From Rubripirellula sp. (lineage in GTDB: Bacteria; Planctomycetota; Planctomycetia; Pirellulales; Pirellulaceae), in contig OZ244207.1 in assembly GCA_965216875.1 (NCBI GenBank), positions 128,001 through 192,000 of the forward strand: DNA of 64,000 bases, read 5' to 3'. The stretch's first letter is position 1. The number at the start of each line of letters is the position of its first letter. The position numbers were made by a program, and so were the translations under genes. Of this stretch, positions 46,592 through 56,389 are shown one piece after another. A model generated the notes under the pieces. The model saw only the letters and a program-made list of their open reading frames with translations. It was not told the DNA's origin and searched no databases.

Positions 46592-48843
46592 ATGAAAGCT
46601 GCCGCCACCTTTCTTTTTCTACTGCTGCTGTCGGCGACCTCTGCGGTCGCTGCCGAGCGGAAGCCAAACATCGTTCTGTTGTTTGCCGACGACATTAGCG
46701 CGCGCGAGTTACCGCTGTACGGTTCCTCGGTCTGGAGTCCACCGACCGGCGGAACGACGAGTGATGAGAAGTACCGAGCATCCACTCCAGTGCTCGACAA
46801 GCTTGCCGAACAAGGTTGTTGGTTCAAGACTGCTTGGGCATCGGTCGTTTGCTCGCCGAGTCGCGCGATGATGATGACTGGTCGGTACGCTCACTTGCAC
46901 AAATGGTGGGGCAACAAATCGAAAGGAAAGTATGTCGATGAAACTGGCAAAGAATCGACTTGGCCTCTCTACCTGAGTTCGCCGACTCAAATCGGTCATG
47001 TCGCCCAGCAAGCCGGCTATGCAACCTATTGGGCCGGCAAAACTCAGATGGCCGGCGATCTCCGTCGGTTCGGCTTCGACCAAGGCTGCTTCACTCCAGG
47101 CGGGCTGTCGGACAAGGACAACCCCTACACCGATTTCAAACACATCACCAAAAAGGTCGACGGCCAACGAGTGCTCTTAAATGCAGACACCAACCTGCCC
47201 GTGGACACCTACCAGCAACATGGTTGGTACTTTTTCCCGCATGTCCGATTGATGAACCATGGCGGCAAGGGTTTTCAGTGGTGGCCGAACTCGCCCCAGT
47301 CCGAAGCGAGTTTTGGGGTGTCCACCTATGGTCCCGATGTCGAACTCGATTTCATCTTCGACTTCATGGAAAAACACGCCGCAAATGACAAACCGTTTTT
47401 TTCTACCACACTTCCCATCTAGGGCATGATGCCTTTGATTGGCTCAACCCCGATTCGACGAGCAAGTGGCCTGGCACGCCGGTGATTCGTTGGGATGGTC
47501 AGCGTTACATTCGCACCGAGCCAAAGATCACGGGCGATGAGGGCCAATACGAGACCCATGGCACCGTGACGCCCTCGGGAATTCATCACCACATCAACTA
47601 TCTCGATTATCAAACGTGGCTTTACCAATACAAACTTCGTGACCTTGGCATCGCCGACAACACGATCTTCATTTTCTGTAGCGACAACGGCACAAGCGGG
47701 TATGGCAAGAACAGCACCGATCGTCAAAAGGGGACGCACGTCCCGTTGATCATTCATGCACCGGGGATGACCCGGCGCGGCGCACAAGACGCACTCGTCA
47801 ATCTGTCAGACTTCTTGCCCACCATCGCTCAACTGACGGGCGTTGAGCTGCCCGATAACTACGAGATCAACGGCGAAAGCTTGGTGCCTTTTTTGTTTGG
47901 CGACAAACCGAGTCACCGCGAGTGGCTTTACGGTTACAAGGATGGCGAGCAGATTATTCGTGGGGAAAATGTCATGCGTGATGGCCGCGGCAAGTGGTGG
48001 GACGTCGCGCAGACACCGGATGACCTGATCAGTTTCAAGCCGATCACTGATTGGGAGGCCGTTTCTCACGATCATCGCGAGGAACGAGACAAACTCGAAT
48101 CGCTCCTGCCCCGATTCAACCAGAAACTGCACGGCAAGAACGGGCCGGGTGTCGAAAACCCACGCAGCGATAAAAGGCTTACCGCGACGACGCAAACACA
48201 GTCGAAGTGGAAACTGACCTTCCACGATGATTATGAAGGACGCGGCGAGATTGGCGGTGATTACAAAACGAGTCTCGGTCACGAAGACGCATGGACGGTT
48301 CGCGACGGCGTGTTGGTGGGCAAGCAAACGCGTGACGACCACGGCGCTGTGATTCGTACGGAGATCGACTTTGACGACATCGATATCGAGTTTGATTTTC
48401 GCTTTGACGGTGGCAAGAGTTTTAACTTTGTGATTGACGACGCCAATGAAGCATCGGTACATGCGGGACACATCTGTCGAGCTTCGGTTTTTCCGCGTTT
48501 CATTCGTATCAGCGATGACAAACTCGGTGGCATGAACCTCGAAGTTCGCAAGCTTCGCAAAGATCCCAATCTGGCGCCCGAAGAGGCGACGAAGCTCAAG
48601 GCGCTGCTCGAGCGAACACAAGCCTCGGCAAAGATCGATCTCAAGCAGGGCGTGTGGTACACACTTCGAATTCGCATTCGCGGCGAAGTGATGAAGGCGT
48701 TTCTCGATGATGAACTGGTCACGAGCCTGCGGTCGCCCGGATTCGCCCATCCGACCAAGACGAAGTTCGGTTTCACGGTCAATGGACAATCGATCGAGTA
48801 TGACAACTTGATGGTGCGCCAACCACGAGCCGCAGAGCGATAG
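46592..48843 (+). pseudogene. Sulfatase with C-terminal DUF1080-like domain, split by a 1-nt frameshift (ORFs 46592-47422 and 47482-48843)
   Basis: First ORF has [10 protein letters not shown] and CSPSR; one extra T in the T7 tract at 47396-47402 reads [18 protein letters not shown] into the second ORF, which has FCSDNGT and DFLPT. Confidence 0.85.
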
Positions 48844-49082
48844 CGGTTTCCACCTCGTTACCACGCTCAGCGTGGTAACGCACACATCGGACGCTCCGCG
48901 TCCTCTTCGTCGGTCATGCTCCGCATGACAGGCGGAAGCACGCGTGTAAACGAAGCAAGGCCCGGCCGATTACGCGATCACGGCACAAAAACGCACAGCC
49001 GCTCCCGATGACCATGAGCCGCAGAGCGATAGCTCGCGGTTATGTATGGCAAGAACCGCACGCTATCGCGATTGCGGCTGAT
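48822..49082. repeat. Cluster of hairpin REP elements (family E triple hairpin and a family B-like REPIN)
   Basis: CGTTACCACGCT-C-AGCGTGGTAACG, GGACGC-TCC-GCGTCC, GTCATGC-TCC-GCATGAC; 22/23-nt direct repeat at 48822-48844 and 49011-49033; long hairpin at 49016-49080. Confidence 0.8.
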
Positions 49083-49223
49083 GCTGCGATCGCCACCTGC
49101 GGATTGTGATGCGGAGCGGGCAGATGACTCCAGCTATCGTTCGATACCACGAACGGCCGGGCGGTCGGTTAGACTGGGGATCCCGCCTTCGGTCGATAGT
49201 TCCCCACCTTCCTGGACCACTGC

Positions 49224-50075
49224 ATGTACCGTTGTTTTCTGATTGCGTTGCTGTTCTTCTTCTCGGTTTCTGCGCTGCACGCCCAGCAACGCAAACGCGT
49301 ACGTTGGAACGCGCCGCCCGAGGAGTGGTTTTGGGTTGACGATCAACCTGTCGCCGGCGCGACGCATCACACACTTCACAGCGAGGCAATGAATCGCGAT
49401 GTTGGCTACAACATCTATCTTCCGCCAAGCTACGAGACCGACAAACAACGACGTTTTCCCGTTGTCTACTTTTTTCACGGCGCAAGTGGTTCCGAGCGGT
49501 CGGACGCCGATCCGTCGATGATTCGGCGGCTGATTCGCGAAGGCAAGATTGGTGAAGTGATCTATGTCTATCCCAATGGTGGCCACTTCAGTCGGTATCG
49601 TGATTGGAGCGATCCCAGGGCAAACGTCAAATCGGAGACGTTCATCATCAAAGAACTTATCCCGCACATCGACGCCAGCTATCGAACGTTGGCAACGCGA
49701 CAAGGACGCGCGCTCTCGGGTTGGTCGATGGGAGGTGACGCTTCTTTGAGATTTGCCTTCAAATACCCCGAGATGTTTTGTGCGGCGGGGACGTTTTCAG
49801 CCGCGATCGACTGGGGCGCCGAAGGCGACGATTGCATTTTTGCCTACAGCCGCAAGCACGTTGAACAAATTCGCGATCGAATCGGCATCTACATGGTCGT
49901 TGGTGAAGACGATCGTTTGTTTGCACCCCACAAACGCCTCGTCCCGCACCTCAAGCAACTGAAGATCGATCACACGTTCGAGTCGGTGCCGAAGGTCGGA
50001 CACAATCTCGGCTTGATGAAGCAACACAAGGCCGAAGCGGTTGCTTTGTGGCTGGACGAGCAGCTCGAGAACTGA
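49224..50075 (+). CDS. Secreted alpha/beta-hydrolase esterase (CE1-like)
   Basis: Signal peptide; YNIYLPPSY; FPVVYFFHG; ELIPHIDASYRT; nucleophile GWSMGG; VGH. Confidence 0.9.
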   Translation: MYRCFLIALLFFFSVSALHAQQRKRVRWNAPPEEWFWVDDQPVAGATHHTLHSEAMNRDVGYNIYLPPSYETDKQRRFPVVYFFHGASGSERSDADPSMIRRLIREGKIGEVIYVYPNGGHFSRYRDWSDPRANVKSETFIIKELIPHIDASYRTLATRQGRALSGWSMGGDASLRFAFKYPEMFCAAGTFSAAIDWGAEGDDCIFAYSRKHVEQIRDRIGIYMVVGEDDRLFAPHKRLVPHLKQLKIDHTFESVPKVGHNLGLMKQHKAEAVALWLDEQLEN

Positions 50076-50142
50076 CGCGTGGGTTCGAGCCGCCTAGGTC
50101 TTGACGCCGCAGCGGAGCGAAAGTCAGTGACGAGAATGAGGA

Positions 50143-52431
50143 TTAGCGTGATTGATGGTGCGCATTGGACGAGCCCAAATCTCGGACTTCGCCGACGCTG
50201 TTGACGATGTTCTTTTCGGACAATTCACCAAGCACCACCGGATGCGTCGTTTCGTTGACGAGAGTGATGTCGCTGGCGACGTACGTGCCTGGAGAGTGCT
50301 TTTTGAAATGTTGTTCGAGCCCCTTGGGAACGTCGGGGTAGGCGGTGCAAAGGAAGTCGAATCGCATCGGATAGCCAACGATGATTGGCCGCGGCGTTTC
50401 CGATTCGGTTTGATCCGACCGGGCAAACTTGATTGTGTGACCGCGGCCCTTGATCGCCGCCAGTGGATGATCGCCCAAACTGTGAGGTGATGGATGCACG
50501 GTCAATTCGATCTGCTGACCGGTATGCCGGTCGGAATGAACATACAAGAGAGGGCCGTAGGCAGCATTGCCGCTTGAGTTTCGGATCACTCCGCGACTCG
50601 GAAGCGAGTAACCCTGGACCACGCAGTCCAACACCTCGCAGTCGGTGACGGTCGCACTTTTGGCCATGTACAGTTTGATCCCGCCGCGACATTTTTTGAC
50701 GGTGCAGTTCTCGACCACCATCTCACCGGCGCCTTTGTAGGCGCGAATACCGTCTTCGGTGCAGTTGATCATGTGATCGCGAGGGATGGGCAGACCGCGG
50801 ACCAGTTCAGGCCACTGAAGCTTGTATTGGAATCGCTTGGCAAGGTCGCCGTCGTGTGTTTCTTCGTAGCAATCGTTGCTTGGGCGAAGCGTGCCCTCAA
50901 CGACCGTATTGCGGACCGTGGTTCGATCGCCGCCTTGAACAAAGATCGCGTGACCGAACGCTTCCATTTTCAGATGACATCCGTCAATCACGCAGCGGTT
51001 GCCGGTGATTTGAATGCCGCAGTGTTTGCTTAGGCCGACGACCGCGCCGGCGCCGATACCGAACATGTTTCCATAGCCATACGGAAACGAGCCGCGAACA
51101 ATCAATTTGGTGCCGACGACGCGGTTGTCATCGCCCGGGATCACAATCTCGTTCATTCGGCCATACTTGCGACCCCGGTTGTAGCGGCCGTAGTCGGTGA
51201 CCTTCGTGCTTCCATCGGGATAGGTGTCCTCGATCGTGCCGCCGCGCAGGGTGATGTGGTTTCCGGTAAGCCGAAAGAGATTTCGACCGGAGGCAACGTC
51301 AAGTGGGACCTCGATGTGAACGTCGGTCAGGTCGACGTCGTTGTTTGAGCCGGCGAAATGAAATCCGTTTCGATCGGCGACTTTGTAGCGACCGGGCATC
51401 AGCTTGATCTGCTGGTCGCTTTTCGAAATGACTTCGCGCAGTCCATCGAGTGAGTCGACACGCACGGTCGGGCGCCGCTTTCCGTCGCTGTCTTTCACCA
51501 AAGCGTGGACTTTGAAGTTCGAATAGATATGGTGCGTGCCAACCATCCGAAAACCAAAGTAGCCCTCGCGATAGATGGGAAAACGGTCGGCTTGATAGGT
51601 TGTCGGCACCGACGATTGGCTGCGGGTTTCAGGTTCCATTTGGACGCTGTCGCCCAACGCAAATTGATAGACGAGTTTTCCATCAACGATGTATTGAACC
51701 ACATCATCAAAAGCGACCAACTGGATCTTGGTTGATTTGTCGGGCGTCAGCAGGTATCCGGGTCGGCCGTCCTTGTCGGTCAACGCGATGTGCTCGGTTG
51801 GCTTCCCGTTGACCTCACGAGGGTACCGGCGCATTCGAGTGGTTGGGCGGTCGGCAGGTCCGCCGCCTGTGCTCGCGTAGTAACCATGCATTTTGTCGTA
51901 CGACTTGAACGCTCCCGTGTACCGCTGCCCATCGAACAAACCGCTCGCCGATGAAAAGTCGTCGGGTACATCCGGGTCGGAGCACATCCAGAAATTGTTG
52001 ATGTCTCTCGGTCGAACTCCCTTTGTCTCGGGGTTGGGAGTCGGGCAGAGCACGTCGTAGGTAATCGCGACGCGCGTCTTGAGTTTTTTCTTAAACCAGA
52101 TGGTGCATCCACGTCCGGGCAAGAGGCAATCAAGCGTACCGTTTCTGGCTTCGACTTTTGCCGGCGCGAAACCGGACTTCTTCTGGACTTGTATCCCCCA
52201 GTTGTCGAGATTGTCGAAGTCGTCGTGGGCAATCAGTGCCCCGATCTTGAACAGGCCGACGCCGTGGCCAACCACGACTGGCGCGTCGGACGAAGTGGCG
52301 TCGTGTTGATTCGCTCGCTCTTCACCAAAGGCTTCGGTACCGGAGGCTCCGATGCCAAATGCTCCGGGTGAGATCATGAAGATCAATGAAGCGGCCAAGG
52401 CGAACGTCGATCGTTGTCGCTTCGGCATCAT
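50143..52431 (-). CDS. DUF6250-like domain fused to a right-handed beta-helix (pectin-lyase-like fold) domain
   Basis: GCTIWFKKKL, DINNFW, TTRMRRYP, YREGYFGFRMV...YSNFKV; then parallel beta-helix repeats (GHAIFVQGG, EDGIRAY, VVENCTV). Confidence 0.7.
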   Translation of the reverse strand: MMPKRQRSTFALAASLIFMISPGAFGIGASGTEAFGEERANQHDATSSDAPVVVGHGVGLFKIGALIAHDDFDNLDNWGIQVQKKSGFAPAKVEARNGTLDCLLPGRGCTIWFKKKLKTRVAITYDVLCPTPNPETKGVRPRDINNFWMCSDPDVPDDFSSASGLFDGQRYTGAFKSYDKMHGYYASTGGGPADRPTTRMRRYPREVNGKPTEHIALTDKDGRPGYLLTPDKSTKIQLVAFDDVVQYIVDGKLVYQFALGDSVQMEPETRSQSSVPTTYQADRFPIYREGYFGFRMVGTHHIYSNFKVHALVKDSDGKRRPTVRVDSLDGLREVISKSDQQIKLMPGRYKVADRNGFHFAGSNNDVDLTDVHIEVPLDVASGRNLFRLTGNHITLRGGTIEDTYPDGSTKVTDYGRYNRGRKYGRMNEIVIPGDDNRVVGTKLIVRGSFPYGYGNMFGIGAGAVVGLSKHCGIQITGNRCVIDGCHLKMEAFGHAIFVQGGDRTTVRNTVVEGTLRPSNDCYEETHDGDLAKRFQYKLQWPELVRGLPIPRDHMINCTEDGIRAYKGAGEMVVENCTVKKCRGGIKLYMAKSATVTDCEVLDCVVQGYSLPSRGVIRNSSGNAAYGPLLYVHSDRHTGQQIELTVHPSPHSLGDHPLAAIKGRGHTIKFARSDQTESETPRPIIVGYPMRFDFLCTAYPDVPKGLEQHFKKHSPGTYVASDITLVNETTHPVVLGELSEKNIVNSVGEVRDLGSSNAHHQSR

Positions 52432-53996
52432 TCGTTTGCCTCGCTTGCTTCCAATGCAAGGGTGACCTTATCGAGTACCGGTTTGGACTTGTTCTCGGTC
52501 GTGTCCTTCAGTTTGATTTCAAATTGAAACCCAAAACCGTCTGGCAGTTCGGCAAGGTCAAGCGTTGCTGGCGTTCTTGCCACCTGTTTCGAAAAACCTT
52601 TGACGTAGTCGTAGGTTTCTTTGACTTCTTTCCAATCGCTCCATTGGTTGATCATCCCATCGTTGTTGGTGTCGACGCCAACTCGCACTTCGACCGATTC
52701 GACCCAGGGACCGGGGCTGGTGAAATCCAGTTTTTGCTGTGTCGCCAGATAGAACTTGCCTTCAGCGAACATGATGTCAGGATCGGGGTGTCCCTTTCCA
52801 ACGTTGCCGCACCACTTGAATGGTTCATCGAGGCTCTTTGAGGTGAACCATCCGACACTCATGTTTTTGGTTGCCGCCGGATCAAAGTCACAGAACAGGT
52901 AGTATTGTCCGCCGATCGAAATCGCGGCCCAATCGCCGTAGGCGTTCTGCTCGGGCTCGTGGATTTCGTACTTCGCAATGTTGGTCTTGAAGCGTTCGGG
53001 GTGCTCTTTGACCCAATGGGGATGTTTGTAAGTTCCAATCTTGCCAGTCGGTTGGGTCCGTTCATCAACCGGCGGCGCGAGTGTTTTGAAATCCTGGATG
53101 CCGTCTGAGCTGACGGCGTGTGCAGCGAGCGGCGAATCCCACGCATTTCGTTGAGCGTTGATGGGGCTCCAGTCTTCGACGATAAGGTGGAACTTTCCGT
53201 CGAGGTCTCGAATGATCGCACAGTCAGAACCATGAGTCGGGTCGTCGTAGGCCATTCCCTTGTTGTCGCCGGGCAAGCCGTCAAACATGTCATCGTCGAC
53301 ATAGACGTGTGGGTCCTGGTCGTTGGGGAAGTCGTAGTAGAAGTACGCTTTCCCATCAGCGAATTCGGCGGTCGTCATCCACGCCGAGAATTTTTCGGTG
53401 ATCGGACCGTGGTGAACCCAATTGACCATGTCTTTGCTTTGCCAAGCGTGATACCCGCCGCGCCGAGGCTTGAGTCCTCCAGGTGCGTCAAATTGGTTTT
53501 TGAAACGCGTTGTTTGAAGCGGAATGTCGAACCCTTCAAGCGTCGCCGGTTCCGGTTTGAATTCGGGACGCGGCGACTTGTCACCACGTTTTCGGCCACC
53601 GCCATACCGGCCGAACATCCAATAGTTGTCTGGTCCGAGACTCAACATCACCGGGGCATCGCCAAGATTGACGGGGCCAAGGTTCTCACTCGGCTGCCAA
53701 TTCAACCACTCGGGTGACTGTTCAATCACGATCGATTTGGGTGACCGTTTCGACGGGTAGCGTTTCAAAATGCTGGTGAGTTTTCCCGATCGATCGGTTG
53801 GTCTCACGAAAGCATCCGAGATTTCAATTCCCTGCGATTCCTTTGTGTTTTGTTCCCACTGTTCTTGAGATTCGATCACCCAGTCTTCCGGGTGATGGTC
53901 GTCTGCACGCGAGTGATTGTCAGAGAAGCAAAAGGACAGGGTGAGCCCGACGATCACGAGGATCGACGGGCGCGCTATCGAAGTTCGAGCGGGCAT
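52428..53996 (-). CDS. Secreted putative glycoside hydrolase (beta-propeller, unclassified)
   Basis: Signal peptide; DAPVML, WQSKDMVNWVHHGP, SDCAIIRDLDGKFHLI, GHPDPDI; overlaps the next gene by 4 nt. Confidence 0.65.
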   Translation of the reverse strand: MPARTSIARPSILVIVGLTLSFCFSDNHSRADDHHPEDWVIESQEQWEQNTKESQGIEISDAFVRPTDRSGKLTSILKRYPSKRSPKSIVIEQSPEWLNWQPSENLGPVNLGDAPVMLSLGPDNYWMFGRYGGGRKRGDKSPRPEFKPEPATLEGFDIPLQTTRFKNQFDAPGGLKPRRGGYHAWQSKDMVNWVHHGPITEKFSAWMTTAEFADGKAYFYYDFPNDQDPHVYVDDDMFDGLPGDNKGMAYDDPTHGSDCAIIRDLDGKFHLIVEDWSPINAQRNAWDSPLAAHAVSSDGIQDFKTLAPPVDERTQPTGKIGTYKHPHWVKEHPERFKTNIAKYEIHEPEQNAYGDWAAISIGGQYYLFCDFDPAATKNMSVGWFTSKSLDEPFKWCGNVGKGHPDPDIMFAEGKFYLATQQKLDFTSPGPWVESVEVRVGVDTNNDGMINQWSDWKEVKETYDYVKGFSKQVARTPATLDLAELPDGFGFQFEIKLKDTTENKSKPVLDKVTLALEASEANE

Positions 53997-54270
53997 TTGA
54001 GTAGCAATGTGTGGTGGGCTTGGGCTGGGTAGGATGTAAGCGACGGGGGCGCTCACCTTCGCAAGTCCAATCGAATGTTGAGCGAACCGGCGAAGGTCAT
54101 GAGTGTACATTGTGCACCGCCGAAGACACTGGTGCTACATTTCGCGAATGTTCGTCGAGAACGTGCGGTGAATCGTCGCTTGGGGGCCAACGGGGCGGTT
54201 CTGGTCGTCGGTATTTGGGGCAGCGACGTTGGTCTCGTCGGTTCGCGGACGTTGCGACTAAAATGGCTTC

Positions 54271-55428
54271 ATGAAGAAACGCCACGTCGCCCTGATCGTC
54301 GAAACATCAAGCGTTTACGGTCGAGAAATGTTGTCAGGGATCGTGCAGTACATGCGGATGCACGATGAGTGGTCCGTCTTTCTCGAGCAGCGTGATCTAT
54401 GGAAGAAGCCTCCCGCTTGGCTCAAGGATTGGCGTGGCGACGGAATCATCTCTCGCGTCACAACGCAAAAACTGCTTGAGGCGATTGCACGCACCAAAGT
54501 GCCGTTGGTCGAAGTGACCGACCGCCGCGGTGATTCGGAGCTACCGCAGGTTCGATCAGACGATGTGAGAATCGGCGAAATCGGGGCGGAGCATTTGATC
54601 GAGCGTGGGTTCGTGCGATTTGGGTTCTGCGGTTTCAAGGGGGAAGCATGGTCGCAGCGTCGCGAAGAGGGCTTTGCAAATCACCTTCGCGAGCAGAGTT
54701 TCGTCGAATGCGACAGCTACAACTCGACATGGCATGGACCGTCTGCGCGCACATGGGAGGCGGAGCAGGAGTCGATCGTTGCGTGGCTAAAAACGATGAA
54801 GCCACCTTTTGCAGTGATGACGTGCAATGATGTTCGAGGCCAACACATCATTGACGCCTGCTCGACACTTGGACTTGCTGTCCCCGAGCAAGTCGCGGTG
54901 GTGGGCGTGGACAACGATGATCTGCTATGCCGCGTCTGTTCGCCGCCCTTGTCGAGCGTTGTTCCTAATGCAGAGATGGTCGGTTTCAAAGCGGCCGAGA
55001 CGCTTGCCTTGTTGATGGATGGCAAAGAAGTCTCACAACAGAATCAGCTTGTTCCTCCGGTCGGTGTTGCAACGCGTCAATCGACCGATGTGGTGGCAAT
55101 CGACGATCGCAGCGTTGCCGCAGCGTTGCACTACATTCGCGCGAATGCTTGCCGTGGTTTGAGCGTCGCCGAAGTCGTACGAAACAGTCAGGTTTCGCGA
55201 AGCACGTTGGAACGCCAGTTGAGAAAATATCTCGGTCGTACACCGCAGGAAGAGATCCGAAACGTACAGATCAAGCGGGCGCAGGAATTGATTTTGTCGA
55301 CCGATTTGCCCGCCGAACAGATCGCAGCGCTCTGCGGATTCGACTATCCAGAGTATTTCTACGTCGTTTTCAAGCGGATTGTGGGAATGACGACGAGCCA
55401 GTTTCGTCAGCAAACCAAGCCGAAATGA
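54271..55428 (+). CDS. XylR-type regulator (periplasmic-binding-like domain plus AraC HTH)
   Basis: VALIVETSSVYGREMLSGI; WRGDGII; VPEQVAVVGVDND; SRSTLER; CGFDYPEYF. Confidence 0.92.
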   Translation: MKKRHVALIVETSSVYGREMLSGIVQYMRMHDEWSVFLEQRDLWKKPPAWLKDWRGDGIISRVTTQKLLEAIARTKVPLVEVTDRRGDSELPQVRSDDVRIGEIGAEHLIERGFVRFGFCGFKGEAWSQRREEGFANHLREQSFVECDSYNSTWHGPSARTWEAEQESIVAWLKTMKPPFAVMTCNDVRGQHIIDACSTLGLAVPEQVAVVGVDNDDLLCRVCSPPLSSVVPNAEMVGFKAAETLALLMDGKEVSQQNQLVPPVGVATRQSTDVVAIDDRSVAAALHYIRANACRGLSVAEVVRNSQVSRSTLERQLRKYLGRTPQEEIRNVQIKRAQELILSTDLPAEQIAALCGFDYPEYFYVVFKRIVGMTTSQFRQQTKPK

Positions 55429-55555
55429 TCGGATCGTGCATCGGCCCGATTTGGCGTGACAAAATATTATAGGGTCGTGACGCGTCGCTTCATGGTGCTC
55501 GAGTGAATTGTGGATATGCTTCATGGCTCTCCACACACCTCGATTGCGAGCACCC

Positions 55556-56389
55556 ATGAAACGGCTGAGCGGAAAGAATGCGATCGTCACTGGCGCGAGC
55601 CAGGGCATCGGCGCTGAAATCGCCGTTGCCCTTGCCCAGGCGGGGGCCAACGTGGCGATCAACTATCGAGGCTCACAAGAGGCTGCGGACGAAGTCGCGG
55701 CCCGATGTCTCGACTTTGGCGTCAAGGTACGTCTGGCCCCAGCCGATGTCGGCGTGCAATCGAATGTCAATCGGATGGTCGAAGAAACGGTCGCCGCGTT
55801 CGGCTGCATTGACATCGCGGTTTCGAATGCCGCCTACAGTGATCGCGAGCTGTTCTACGAAGCCGATTTGGCGGGGTTCGAGAAGACGATTCAAGTGACG
55901 ATGTGGGGAGCGTTCTATCTCTTGCGTGCTGCCGCGCGGCAGATGATTGCTGATCAAACGCGTGGATCGATCGTAATTGTCAGTTCGCCTCACAGTTGGC
56001 GCCCCATCCCCGGTGCAATGGCCTACAACATGGCCAAGGCCGCAATCGACCAGATGGCAAAGACTGCCGCAACTGAGCTTTGCGGAAAACGCATTCGTGT
56101 CAACACGATGCACCCTGGTTGGATCGACACGCCCGGTGAACGCAGATTCTTCAGCGAACAAAAGCTCGCGGAAAAAGGATCCGAGTTACCTTGGGGCCGA
56201 CTGGGGAAACCCGAAGAAATCGCACGCGGAGTCGTCTTCATGTGCGACCCCGCTAGCGACTACATGACCGGCAGTTCCATGTTGATCGACGGTGGCATCG
56301 AATTGCCCGTTGACGAAATGCATCGACTCGAACTGGCATCGGCCGAGCCAAACGCACACGAGGATAAAGAGAATGCACAGGTTTGTTAG
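55556..56389 (+). CDS. Short-chain dehydrogenase/reductase (sugar dehydrogenase-like)
   Basis: TGASQGIG; VAINY; YNMAK; PGWIDTPGE; YMTGS. Confidence 0.93.
   Translation: MKRLSGKNAIVTGASQGIGAEIAVALAQAGANVAINYRGSQEAADEVAARCLDFGVKVRLAPADVGVQSNVNRMVEETVAAFGCIDIAVSNAAYSDRELFYEADLAGFEKTIQVTMWGAFYLLRAAARQMIADQTRGSIVIVSSPHSWRPIPGAMAYNMAKAAIDQMAKTAATELCGKRIRVNTMHPGWIDTPGERRFFSEQKLAEKGSELPWGRLGKPEEIARGVVFMCDPASDYMTGSSMLIDGGIELPVDEMHRLELASAEPNAHEDKENAQVC

Noticed and set aside
47393..47404. Programmed -1 ribosomal frameshift in the split sulfatase
   Set aside because: In-frame G TTT TTT is not a good X XXY YYZ heptamer, I see no clear stimulatory hairpin, and a half sulfatase has no evident function; an indel is more likely
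50079..50125. GGGTTCGAGCC resembling a tRNA T-loop or att site
   Set aside because: No T-stem pairing, acceptor stem or cloverleaf; no integrase nearby
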